64,000 bases of DNA, taken from contig NC_043004.1 in the NCBI RefSeq assembly GCF_006345805.1, positions 29,078,001 to 29,142,000 of the forward strand, written 5' to 3'. This stretch comes from Octopus sinensis. Lineage: Eukaryota. Positions 23,374 to 35,958 of this stretch are shown here, piece by piece; positions within the stretch are counted from its first letter, which is position 1, and each line of letters begins with the position of its first letter. The notes below the pieces were generated by a model that worked only from the letters and a program-made list of their open reading frames with translations, was not told the DNA's origin and did not search any database. A program made the position numbers and the translations under genes.

Positions 23374-26157
23374 CATTGTCATTTACTTTTAATCTGCATG
23401 TTTGATGCAATCACCTGCCGGGGCACACCCAGCGCCCTAGGGCAAGTGAAGGTTAAGAGTCGTTGAAATATAGCTGAAAGCTTGGGGAGGGGAAGTAGAG
23501 AAATATCTCCATGTAATACAAACACAAACATTTACATTGATAGGGTTTTTCTAAGGATGTGGGCAGTACTTGTTAGCACAATCTTTTGGATTTCCTTGAG
23601 ACATGGTTTTCCAGGGATATTGTCTAGGTGTTTCTGACATCCCTTTTTTATCATACCTAGGGCACCTACAATAACAGGAACAGTTTTTGTTTTAAGATTC
23701 CACATCCTCTGTATTTCGATTTCCAGGTCCTTATATTTACTAAGTTTGTCAAATTCCTTGACAGATACATTTTTATCAGTGGGGACGCTTACTTCTATTA
23801 GTCTGCAGGTATTTTCTTCCCTGTCTTTAACAATTATGTCTGGTCGATTAGCCTTGATCGTTCTGTCAGTGTTGACTGGAAAATCCCAGAGGATGGTGAC
23901 ATCTTTACCTTCAACAACTGGCTGAGGATGGTGTTCATACCAGTTAGCAGGAGTGTCGGATTTGTAGTGTTTACATATCTTCCAATGTATATACTGTCCT
24001 ACCCTATCGTGGCGATTTTTGTATTCGTTTGGTGTCAGCACAGGACATCCCGAAACGAGATGGTCTATTGTTTCGTCAAATGTGTCACAGAATCTGCATT
24101 TAGGGTCAGTACCGTTTCGGAGAACGTTAGCCTGGTAATTTCTGGTAAACAAGCTTTGATCTTGTGCTGCCATTATGAAGCCTTCAGTCTCTGCTTTCAA
24201 TCCAGAACTCTTCAGCCACTGATGGGTTGTTGCTTGGTCTACATCAGCATTTTGGCTTCGGAGAATGTATTGTCCATGCAGGGGCTTCTGGCTCCACCGC
24301 CTCTCAATTTGATTCTGCCCATTCTTTTTTGCAGTCTGCCTGATTCGCTTTGCTTGCTTGGTAGCAGTGGTTTCTGGCTCTTCACCTGATTCAAGGTTAA
24401 TGCCTAGTTCCCTTTCGAACTTATAAGCTTCCTTGACAATAGAATGCAGCTTTTTGCTGCTTTCGTGTTCACACACAAGTCGCAGCATCCAGTCTTTTGT
24501 ACTAGATAGGTACCTGTTCATTCCTACAGTAGAGGTCTTATAGCACAGCTCCAATTGCATCATTCCTCTCCCCCCGCTGCTTCTAGGTAGGTACAAGCGG
24601 TCTACATCTGCCTTAGGGTGGTGCATGCTCCTGGATGTCAGTAACTTTCTTGTCTTCCTGTCCAAGCGTTGGAGTTCCGTAAGGTTCCAGTTAATGATGT
24701 TAAAACTGTACTGGACTACTGGAAGTGCCAGGGTGTTAATGGCCTCAATGCTATTTTTGGAGTTGAGTTCAGTCTTCAGTACAAGCCTTATTCTCCTATA
24801 GTACTCCTTTCTTATTTTTTCCTTCATAGTAGCATGATGTATACCATCTCCTTCGTTGATTCCTAGGTATTTGTAACTTTCTTGTGGGTCAAGTTCCTTG
24901 ATGGTAGTGTCAATATCTAATTTAACAGAAGCTGTTTGCCTGAGCTTGCCTCTTACAAAAGTTGATTTAGCACACTTATCAAGGCCAAAATCCATTCCGA
25001 TATCATTGCTAAATCTTTAACAGTTGTTAGCAGCCCTTCTAGCTCTTGGTCATTCTTGGCAACAGCTTTAGATCGTCCATATAAAAAAGGTGGTTTATTA
25101 ACTTGCTAAAAACTTTGTACCCATATCTGGCACTATCCAATTCGTTTGAGAGTGGGATCAGTGCCATGCAAAAAAGTAATGGAGAGAGGGAGTCACCTTG
25201 AAAGATGCCTCGTTTGATGTTGATGCTGTTGGACTGGCTCATCCCATTACTATGGCTTAGAAAGAGACGTGTGTTCCACATGGTCATGCTATTCTCTAAG
25301 AATTTTGAGACGACAGGGGAGATCTTGTATATCTCAAGGGCCTTGAGTATCCATTTATGTGGGACACTGTCATACGCTTTCCTGTAGTCTATCCATGCCA
25401 TACTCAGGTTTTTGTTTTTGCTCCGGCAATTCTCTACAATCATTCTGTTTATGAGCAATTGGTCTTTGCACCCATAAGAGTTTCTTTTACAACCTTTTTG
25501 AGCTTGTGGAAGGATAGAATTTTGTTCAAGGAAAGCGTACATTCTCTCTGTTATTATGGATGTGAGGATTTTGTAGGTGGTGTTGAGACATGTTATTGGC
25601 CGGTAATTCTTTGGGTTTTTTGTGTCTTCGGTTTTAGGTAATAGGTAGGTGGTTCCTTCAGTCAGCCAAGCAGGTATTTGCTCTGGGTTCTGAATGACAT
25701 CAGACAGAGATGCAGCGAGATGTTCGTGTACCTCTGTCAAACAATTCAGCCAGAAGTTAGGGATCCGATCCAGTCCTGGGGTTTTCCATTTATGAGCCTT
25801 CCTAAGGACACACCTTAGCTCCTCTATTCCTATTGCTTCCCATTTCTGTTCTTCAAGTTCATCCAGTCTCTCTTTCTCACGTTCTATCCAGTCAGCCTCA
25901 GCATTAAACTCTTTTTCGTTGCTCCATACCTTCTTCCAGAACTCCTCCACTTCCTCAATCTTAGGTGGATCTTCTATGTGTATTTTATTTTTGCCAATTT
26001 CCCTATAAAATTTCTTTGCATCTGTCTTAAAAAATTTATTTTGTCGATAAAATTTGTTTCTTTTGTCATACCTTCTAAGCCGTTGAGCTTTCAACTGTAT
26101 CCGTTGTTTCAACAGTTCCTTAGTTGCAGGGAGGTTTATGAGATCTTTGATTTTATA

Positions 26158-26160
<3 letters not shown>
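23373..26160 (-). mobile_element. R4/Dong-clade RLE non-LTR retrotransposon, 5'-truncated, near-intact RT-CCHC-RLE ORF
   Basis: ORFs 25039-26112 and 23532-24995 contain NYRPITCL, WIDYRKAYDSVPH, GIFQGDSLSPLLF, YMDDLKL, YKYLG, CRFC..ETIDHLVSGC, RHD, NRPDII..EVSVP and KLSKYKDL. Bounded by (AAT)n at both ends. Confidence 0.95.
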
Positions 26161-26204
<44 letters not shown>

Positions 26205-26439
26205 TATTATTATTATTATTATTATTCTTTCAATTTTGTTTCCATTTCTTGTCGAGTGTCTTCCCAACACCTAGGGAAAAACACTCACTGTATACATTGG
26301 TAGGCCATCAAAATAAATACACCTGATTGTTCATTTACAAAGTCATGTGATAAAAAAGGAGAAGAAAGACAAAGAAAACGGAAAGATGGAATAAAAGGAA
26401 ATATGAAGAAAAAAGCAAACGTAGAAAATAAAGGACGAA

Positions 26440-27960
26440 AAGGAAAGGGGATTCAGGGCGACAATGCTCTTCTCAATACGTGTGGTGTATCAGTTAAGAC
26501 AATCTTTTGCACTTCCTGCTTGTTCCCTTTTGATCATTCCAAGTTCTCCTAGAATCACTACTATTGTAACTGTCTTGAGATGACATTTTTTTCCGATTTC
26601 AATCAACAATTCTTTATATTTTCTGAGCTTATCAAACTCTTTTGCCGAGATATTATGATCACAAGCTATGCTCATGTCAATCAAACAGATTTTATTGTTT
26701 TGGTCTTTCACAACAATATCTGGTTTATTAGCTTTGATCGTCCGGTCTGTATGTACTGGAAAGTCCCTGAAAATCGTTACATTTTCTCTCTGTTTCATCC
26801 TCAGGGTTGTGCTTGTACCATTTGTCAGCAGTTTTGATTTTAAAATGCCGACATATTAACCGGTGTAGATATAGGTCAACTCTTTCATGTCTTGAAAGAG
26901 TTGACCTATATCCGGTACTAAAACCTTACACCCAGAGATTAGGTGGTCTACTGTTTCAATCTCATCATTGCAGTATCGGCACTTCCATCATGCTGATCAA
27001 CCTGGGTATTATGCATGAACTCACTAGCAAATGTTTTTGTTCTGCTTCATGACAGAAGGAATTTTCTTGCGTTACGCATGGTCTTCAACGTGCTTTAGCA
27101 TCCAGTCGTTAGATGTTTCAAGATATTTTGCCAGTCCAGTTGTGGTGGTTTTGTAAGAGATTTCAAACCGGATCGATCCTCGACCTCTTTGGGCTCTGGA
27201 AAGATAAATTTTCCATATTTCACTGATATTCTAGTTCAACACTTTGAAACTATAAATAACAACTGGAACTGCTAAGTAATTTATGGCTAACACCCTGTTA
27301 CGTGCATTTAACTCGGATTTTAGGACTACTCGAACTCCTGTAACATTTTTCCTGATCTCTTTTATGCTTGCATGCTGAATGCCAGAGGCCTCATTTATTC
27401 CGGAGTATTTGTAAGTTTGTTCCTGCTCAAATTGTTTTATATCTGTGTCAACATCTAACACCACTGAATGTGAAGTATTCAGTTTTCCTTTCTGGGAAGT
27501 GGCCTTGACACATTTATCATATTCCATCTCGATGTCCTCACCGAATGTCTTCATAGTACGTAATAGACTTTCAAGCTCATTGTCTTTGCCATAGAGTTTT
27601 AAATCGTTCATGTAAAATAGATGGCTTATTTTCTTGTCGCCAATTTTATATTCACACCAGGTTCTGTTAAATTCACTTGTAAGGGGTATTAGGTCTATGG
27701 AAAAATTAGAGGTGAAAGGTGAGTCACCTTGGAAAACGCTACAGTTGGTATTAATATTGTTTTTAATCAGTACTCCAGTATAATTGGAGATTCATATTCC
27801 ACACTGATAAGTGCTTCAGGAAGTTTGAAATCACAGAAACTTTGAAGATATCTAGTGATTTCAAGAGCCACAAATGCGGTATGCTGTCAAAGGCTTTCTT
27901 ATAATCAATCCATACAGAACTGAGATTTCCGTTTTGTTCGGTGGCGAAAACATCGTTCTG
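26440..27960 (-). mobile_element. Older R4/Dong-clade LINE copy (degraded)
   Basis: MNDLKLYGK, YKYSGINE, DFPVHTDRTIKANKPDIVV and KEFDKLRKYKEL, with many disablements. Confidence 0.88.
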
Positions 27961-29269
27961 TTCGATAAAGGCGTGTTTTCTCCACGAGGATGAATGTTAA
28001 AATTTTATACAAATAGTTATATATGTATTTTTATGAATTATATAAGCTAATCCGTTGAGAAAAACTTATATCTCTATAAGAAACCGTATTTACTATTTTA
28101 AAAAATGCAAGTTGAATATGTTTCTTTACAACCGTGACTGAAGTTTATTTGTATTTTACTTTCCTAATGCTTTTAACGGGGATAAAGTAATAACGGAACA
28201 GTTGATAGTCCTTTTGGCCATATTAAATCATTTAAAAAGCCCATTCAGATCAACTACATTGTACAGCGTATATGTAAAGGATTAATAAATACGAATTAAG
28301 ATTTATGAAAATAAACGTCCTTTGAAAAATGCATGGACAGAAACCGTATGACAAACCGCTAAGTAAGATTTCATTTCTCGCAAGGTTGATTCTTAATGTA
28401 TCATCAAATTTCTACCTGATGGACGGAAAACCTTTAATACTACGAACATGTAACAGAATAAATTATTAGAACTTTAAAGATATCAGTCATTGTAAAATTA
28501 CATATTTAACTGGAACAAATGACTTTATAAAATGAGAAGGCAATATGCCTTGGCGAGTTCTCTAATAATAATCGAAGATCTAGTAGAATCCGAATATGTT
28601 AATAATTTGAGAATAAGTGTTGGAGTGTATATGATTTGGAGTGAAACTTGGAGTCAACGGTAAAAGATGCAAAAACACGTAACCAAATCCTTAAACTTTT
28701 CATTCATTACCAACTCATTTAGATTTTATACCAACTACATGATTTTGGGTTCAGTTCCACTTGGGAAAGTATCTTCTATTGCCCCGAAGTGATCAAGACA
28801 CATATGTGTGTGTGTGTGTGGTGTGTGTGTGTGTGTGTGTGTGTTTGTGTGTGTGTGTGCGTGTGTGCGTGTGTATGTATAAATATATATATAATATCTG
28901 TTTATCTCTCTCTCTCTCTCTCTCTCTCGCCATATATATATTTATATATATATATATATAATATATATATATATATACACCCCACCGCATATAAATTATA
29001 TATATATGTATATATATATGTGTGCGTGTGTGGGTGTGTCTTTATGTATCTTTGTATCCATACATATTGCTTTATCACATACGCACACTTACATACATAC
29101 TGCCTAGATGTTAAGTGCCAGCCATTATCCGCGCATGCGTGTGGTTCGGTAACACGTACCATGCTTTCGGAATCTTTCAGGTGCTAATAGAATCACGAGC
29201 ACACATAGACACCTTCTCGACTCTCCTACTCTATGACCAAGTGGTACATCCAAGAAAGAGTGTGCTGCT

Positions 29270-29430
29270 GCATCACGCGGCTAGTAGTATTACTTCGGCT
29301 GGGTAGATTGGAGCAGTGCAAAAGGAAATGCTTTGCTCCAGGACACAACGCGTGGTTCAGTTTATGAAATGCATCCATTGCATTATAATTATGAGCAGGA
29401 CACCCTTCATACTAGGCCACATATTTGCTT
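29270..29430 (-). mobile_element. Diverged CORE-like SINE head
   Basis: gctccaggacacaacgcg resembles gctcaaggacacaacgcg of the 9067-9394 family. Confidence 0.5.
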
Positions 29431-29514
<84 letters not shown>

Positions 29515-29975
29515 ACATTCATATACACATTATGACTGAAAGGCTCCAATTCCAAGCACTCAGAGTTGCACGTTTTCTAGCATCAGCTGGTAAACCGAGC
29601 CTGCTTTTCTTTTGAAATATTCTGTTTAAATGTTTTTTGAAATATGAAATGGAAGTTTGAAGAAAACGCTTATCTTTATTTATTCATTTACAAACAAATC
29701 TTTGTGAGTGACAAGTACAAGAATGGCTGCTTCAAGGTCATGTTTTTAATTCCATTTCTGGTCTTGTGGTAATATTATAAACGTCTTAAACTTCATTCAG
29801 TCGAAGTCATGAAGTTTCAGTGTAAATAATGTTTTAAAGCAATATTTTTTAGTAATAATTTTGTTTGTGATTTTAAAAAATTATGTGTGTGTACTTTCAT
29901 TTAACATGTGTCAATGCAGACGAATACATATGCACATATGCATTCATAAGCATGTATATTCGAAGAATTATATAT

Positions 29976-30200
29976 GCATGCGTATGTATGTATGTATGTA
30001 TGTATGTATGTATGTATGTATGTATGTATGTATGTATGTATGTATGAATGAATGTATGTATGTATGTATGTATGTATGTATGAATGTATGTATGTATGTA
30101 TGTATGTATGTATGTATGTATGTATGTATGTATGTATGTATGTATGTATGTATGTATGAATGTATGTATGTATGTATGTATGTATGTATGTATGTTTGTA
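29976..30200. repeat. (TATG)n microsatellite
   Basis: Direct inspection. Confidence 0.95.
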
Positions 30201-30840
30201 CGCACACATAGATCCACGCATATTAAAACATATATCAATAAAATATATGAAACATTTCGAAACCAACGGGTTTTTCAGAACCAGAACGTAACTAAAGAAG
30301 GCTTGTATTTGCATAAAAAAAATAGCAGCTCAATTACTTGGTTTAAACTGTTATTGCCTTCCGTAATATTTCTCAATGTTTCGATCAAACAAAGGTCACA
30401 CTGAATCTTTGATTTAAATCTCCCGTTTCTGCATGGTTGCGTGCTACATAAATATACCAGGTAATTTTGAATTCGTGGGGACATGTCTCATGCAAGAACC
30501 ATATGACCTCCGATGAAGTCATAGCGCACTTTCTTCTAGGGTTGAAAAGTGAATGTTTGTGCTTGTAATAACGGTTCTTTTAATGAGAGTTCCGTTGCCT
30601 CATTACTTTAAGCCCATTTCTACTGTCCGATTCAACCTTGACGCTGTATACTATCGACTTTGTAAGGCAGGTACTGTCTGGTGAGCAGTTCTCACGAATT
30701 CTTTACTCATTATTTTTAATAACTTTAAGGAAATATATTATTGAAAAATATTACTTTAAAAACATTAGTTAAATGGGAGCATTTTAAGTAAATTTTTTAA
30801 AGAAGACTTTGTATTTTTAGTGAGTACTGTAATTTAACGT

Positions 30841-31048
30841 TACTGCTTTAATATCTAACACTTTCACCACTTCAATTTCTATTCATTTATTATTATTATT
30901 ATTTTTTTGTGTATGTCTCCCAAAAACTTTCGTTGCTTTAGCAACATTATCAATAGATGTCGAATCTGTCTGTTATCGGAGATGTATTCGTTTTGTCTGT
31001 TTGAGAATCTGTTGCATACGTGGGTGTGTGCTTGTGTGTGCACGTATG

Positions 31049-31125
<77 letters not shown>

Positions 31126-32350
31126 GTATGTGTGTACATGTGTATACGTGTATATACATATGTAAGGTATATATGTATTCTGCATATTTGTGTTTGTGCG
31201 TGCGCGCGCGAATGCTTGTGTGTGTGTATGTATGTATGTATGTATGTATTATGTATGTATGTGTGTGTATGTGTGTATTAGTGTGTACCTCTGCTTCCTT
31301 GCGTGTGCGTGTTTGAATTTGTGTGATTATGTACACGTGTCTATTATATATGGATGTGTCTCCATTTGTGTCTTTGAGCGTGTGCAGTGTGTGTGTGTGT
31401 GTGTGTAAAGTCATGCGGAGTGTGTGTGTGTGTGTGTATAGTCATGCGGAGTGTGTGTGTATATATATAGTCATGCGTATGTCAAGTGCCTCCATATTGG
31501 TCTTACGAAAATACTATATGCACTAATGAGAACTGTATGGTATGTAAGATTAACTATCACATTAACCGTAGAACTAGAAATGTAGTCTACGACATAAGGT
31601 ACATAGAAGGTACTTGTGAGGACAAAAATACGGCTTACGTTAGAGAGATATCTAGAAATATAGCAGAGAGAATAAACAGTCATTTGGGGGCAATATGAGA
31701 AGAAAGAGTCCTCCATGGTCTATCAACATGTCGAAGACCAACATGGAGGCACACTGGGCCGACTTGGCATCCGCATTTTATTCAAGTACCAGAAGGATCC
31801 ATCACTCTGACAAATCCAGGAGTACATCCTCATAAACGAAACGTCCCTCGTACTAAATAGGAATTACACGCAGAAGGTAGATATACTCCAATACCTACAA
31901 ATTATATATAGGTACATTTGGTGATAGACAGTCAAGTAGGTAAATATATATGTACGTAAACAGATAGATACATAGGAATGTATGTATGTATAGGTAGGTA
32001 GGTATGTAGGTAATAGGGATAGACAATCATACATACGTACACACACACACAGAAGGAGACGAAAACACATGACCATATACACACACTTTCCACACACACG
32101 CATGCACAGACACTTAGATACATATCCATACATAACAAACGCACGTACATAAACACACAAATTCATACAAAGAGACACTCAAACACGCACACCCATGGAA
32201 GCAGAGGTATACACACAGATACGTACACCCACACATACATACACAAAACCACAAGCACGTGCACACACACGAACACATAAATATGCAGAATACACACATA
32301 TATACATATGTACATACACACATACATACATACATACATACATACATACA

Positions 32351-32381
<31 letters not shown>

Positions 32382-32508
32382 GTGCACACACACACGCACG
32401 CCAGCGCGCACGCACTCAAGAGAATCTCAAACAGACAAAAGGAACGCAATTCCGATAACGGAAATTGACAAGGTTGCAAAAGCAACGAAAAGTTGTTTTT
32501 GGAGACGC

Positions 32509-32572
<64 letters not shown>

Positions 32573-32628
32573 GAGTGGAAATTGAACCGGTGAGTGTGTT
32601 AGATATTAAGGCAGTATGTCTCTCCCCA
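30841..32628. mobile_element. Long diverged inverted repeats enclosing a GIY-YIG fragment (Penelope-like)
   Basis: 30841-31400 aligns to the reverse complement of about 32090-32628 (tactgc.ttaatatctaacac, ttcgttgcttt.gcaac, ttgtctgtttgaga.tct, attctgcatattt, tacctctgcttcc). Confidence 0.75.
31490..31865 (+). pseudogene. Penelope-type GIY-YIG endonuclease remnant
   Basis: CMVC...TRNVVYDI..C..AYVREISRNIAERINSH...RILFKYQKDP...QIQEYILI...VLNR. Confidence 0.75.
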
Positions 32629-32976
32629 GACAACAAATATATATCAATAAATACATGCATAAATCGACACACACATATAATGAAAATCTCGAGAAATTTT
32701 CCACCTGTTAAATTTTATTGAAAATAGATACAAAAACGAACTGACATCCTTGTGATTAAACTGTACAGTAAAACTTTTTCCTCGTGTAATGAAATGTTTC
32801 ATTTTTTGAAGGTATTCATAACTTTTAATTTATGATATTGTCAATTCAAAACTTTGTAAATAGATGTCGTTGACGCTGTTGTTATACTTTTAGTTGTGGA
32901 TAGCTACAGATTCAAGTGGGAATAATATGGGAAGTAATAAGTAAGATATTGTCTATTATCATCATCATCATCATCA

Positions 32977-33026
<50 letters not shown>

Positions 33027-33129
33027 GAGTGAGCGAGCAGAGCATGCCATCAAAGTGACACTGGGGTAAAATATACGAAGCCCAGTATACCCATCATGAC
33101 TACCCGTCTGATAAGGGTACACCAGGCAC

Positions 33130-33130
<1 letters not shown>
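33027..33130 (-). mobile_element. 3'-terminal fragment of an (AAT)n-tailed retroelement (short copy)
   Basis: Nearly identical to 52018-52120 (catgccatcaaagtgacactggggta.aatatacgaagccca.tatacccatcatga.tacccgtctgataagggtacaccaggcac). Flanked by (ATT)n on both sides. Confidence 0.8.
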
Positions 33131-33203
<73 letters not shown>

Positions 33204-33233
33204 CATTATTATTATTATCACTATTATTATTAT

Positions 33234-33430
33234 AAAGCGGCAAGCTGGCAGAATTTTTAGCACTCCGCAGAAAATGCAAAGCCTTATTTCGTCCGTCTTT
33301 TCGAATTGAGATCAAATTCCGCTGAGGTCGACTTTAAGTGTCGATAAAATAACTACCAATTGAGCACTGGGGTTGATGAAATGGAATACTCACTTCTCCT
33401 AAATTTCAGTGCCTATAATAGAAAGGATTA
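33234..33430 (+). mobile_element. tRNA-derived SINE preceded by (ATT)n
   Basis: Same family as 23126-23300. Confidence 0.8.
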
Positions 33431-33599
33431 ATAATGCTGCTGCTGCTGCTGATGATGATGATTAATTAAATGTTCATATCTAAGCGTAATGGTTATTTTA
33501 CAATCAACCATGACATCTTAGTGATTCGTTGTTGTACAAAAATATTCATTGACGTAAAGAGAAAACTGTGAAATTGGGTTACTCATTTCCTGTACATCT

Positions 33600-33830
33600 A
33601 TCTATATATTAAAAGAGTCACTTGTCTGCAACCGGGAAGTCAAACTTTTCATTGGTCCCAGTATCAATGCGACGGACTTGTACAAGCTGTCGAACTCGTC
33701 ATGAGCGTACAAAGGTGAACACGAAGAAAATACCTGTCTTGAATACGGAAGGTTCAAATCCTGTCGTAATATTCGATCCCAAGTATTTTACGCAGACATC
33801 TCATATGAAACTTGTAAATTTTGTAATTTT
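33600..33830 (+). mobile_element. Possible Helitron 5' end fragment
   Basis: Begins a|tctatatattaaaag, which resembles animal Helitron 5' termini. No matching 3' end was seen. Confidence 0.3.
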
Positions 33831-34130
33831 ATAAAGAATATGTAGTATACAATTTGACAGCATGCAGGAATGTCCTGAGAATGCTGGTCTTGTACACCGC
33901 GATCTGAGATGTTTTGAACTATTTATTCACTTTTACTTACTGTTAGGTTCCAGAGCTCTGTATCAAAGACAACATTCTGGAAGTGGAATTAAGACTGAAA
34001 CTATGAAACCTTTAAGTAGGTTCTAAATCGAGCAAAGTTTCAGAATGGCGATGATATCCTGTACAAAACTAATCTATAACTATGTGGTTAGCAGCCTCGA
34101 AATCGACTTGGACTAGTGCTACCTTTCAGT

Positions 34131-34184
<54 letters not shown>

Positions 34185-34202
34185 GAGTGAGTGTGCATAT
34201 GG

Positions 34203-34245
<43 letters not shown>

Positions 34246-34515
34246 AGTGTGTATTTGAGTGAGTGTGTATTTGAGTGAGTGTGCATGCGTGCATGGGTGT
34301 CTGTATGTATAATGCATGTGAATGTGCGTGTACACATGCCCACCTGAATATTTCCCCCTCTTTTCAATTTGTATTAGATCAGCAGAAAGCAACCTTAGCC
34401 CTGTTATAGGCTACAGAAACAAATAAAATTATTGGGCATCCAATATTTAACCTTTAATATGTGTGCTGCTAGTTGCTGCAGGTCGTTTACTTCATTAACT
34501 AATATCAAGACAGCA

Positions 34516-34718
34516 GAAGGCGGTAAGCTGGCAGAATCGTTAGCACCGAGGACCAAATGCTTAGCGGCATTTCGGCCATCTTTTCGCCCTGAAATCAAAT
34601 TTTGACTTTCATCCTTTCGGCGTCCAATAAACTAAGTGCCAGTTGAGCACTGGGGTCGATGTAATCGACTTACCTCATCCCCTGAATTTGGCCTTGTGTC
34701 CAAATTTGAAACCAATTT
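34516..34718 (+). mobile_element. tRNA-derived SINE, related subfamily with a different tail
   Basis: aaggcggtaagctggcagaatcgttagcac...tttcatcctttcgg...gagcactggggtcgatgtaatcgacttac; ends in gtccaaatttgaaaccaat rather than (ATT)n. Confidence 0.8.
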
Positions 34719-34933
34719 AAGACAGTAGGTAATTGATTACAGGTATTCGATCTTGTGAAATCACGAAATTATATGAAGCCAGGAATATCATTTTGTATTC
34801 GAAATTTCGAGTCAGGTGTTTACTTTTTAATATCGTCTCAGGCACACAGCGACTCTTATTTAGGTTTTTAGATGATCTGTGAATATAGGTCAGTTCTGAT
34901 TATTATTAGAGAGGAAGTATAATTAAGAATAAG

Positions 34934-35027
<94 letters not shown>

Positions 35028-35070
35028 CATATTGATATAGATCGTTGGCGTTTTTTTTCCTTCGTCTCCT

Positions 35071-35105
35071 GTTTCTGACGAGAAGCTTTTCTCGAAACGT
35101 AAGAC
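35071..35105 (+). ncRNA. Degenerate minimal hammerhead-like motif in a Penelope-type tail
   Basis: GTTT-CTGACGA-gaagcttttctc-GAAA-CG-TA-AGAC. Stem I is 4 bp with one wobble; stem II is imperfect. Confidence 0.45.
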
Positions 35106-35398
35106 TAGCTTTCTTTCTTTCCCTGGGCGTTTGCTAATACTTTGCATGTACCACATTCTCGCGTTGTTTTATTCTTCTTGTGCTTTTTCTCCGTTTTGGT
35201 GGGGAGGGATTAACTATATATATATAATATATATATATATATATCGATATATGTTATATAAATATGTATATGTCATATATATATATACATCAATATGTAT
35301 ATTTAACATTAAACAGTATTACAAACAATTCCAAAAACATTATATACAAAAAAATGTTAGCGAATTCCATCTTAACAGGAAACATGTATGTTTTAGAT

Positions 35399-35958
35399 CA
35401 GGGCTCGGTGAACAGGGGCAAATTACCCCAAGTGGGGTAAAAAGAAAATGATTGCGGGTAATGAGGACTCGTTAGACATAAGTAAAATTATATGAAAAAC
35501 GTATTCCTTGTTACGACAGAAATTTTCCTTTTGTCATGAGGAGGCAGTCAAAGAGTTGCTGTCTTTTGCAACAAACCACCTTTCCGAACAAAGATTTTCG
35601 ACTCTAATGAACATAAAAACAAAGAGTAACCGATTGAAGCCCAAAGACTGTATTGAAATTGCTATGGCATCAACGTGCCCCAATTTTGATGTAATTGTAA
35701 CAAAAATGAAACATCATTTCTCTAAGTGAAAATGTTCCTGGAAAAATCCTTTTGTTTCATAATGAGGATATTTATTTTATCGCATTTGTTTTATACTTTT
35801 GATATTTATAATTGTATTCTCCATATAGATAGATTCAAAAAACCTTTTGAATTCAAAGACTCTCTGAATTTCTTTCTTTCAAACCGAGGGTCTAATGTCT
35901 GCATAAATAAATATATTGGGGGGGGGGGTAATTGGTTAAAAAAGTTCCCCAACTCCTG
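35399..35958 (+). mobile_element. Internally deleted hAT (Buster/Charlie-like) transposon, 560 bp
   Basis: TIR-like ends cagggctcggtgaac and (reverse complement) caggagttggggaac. 8-bp TSD ttttagat/ctttagat with central TA. Carries a hAT dimerisation-domain remnant (AVKELLSFATNHLSEQRFSTLMNIKTKSNRL). Confidence 0.85.
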
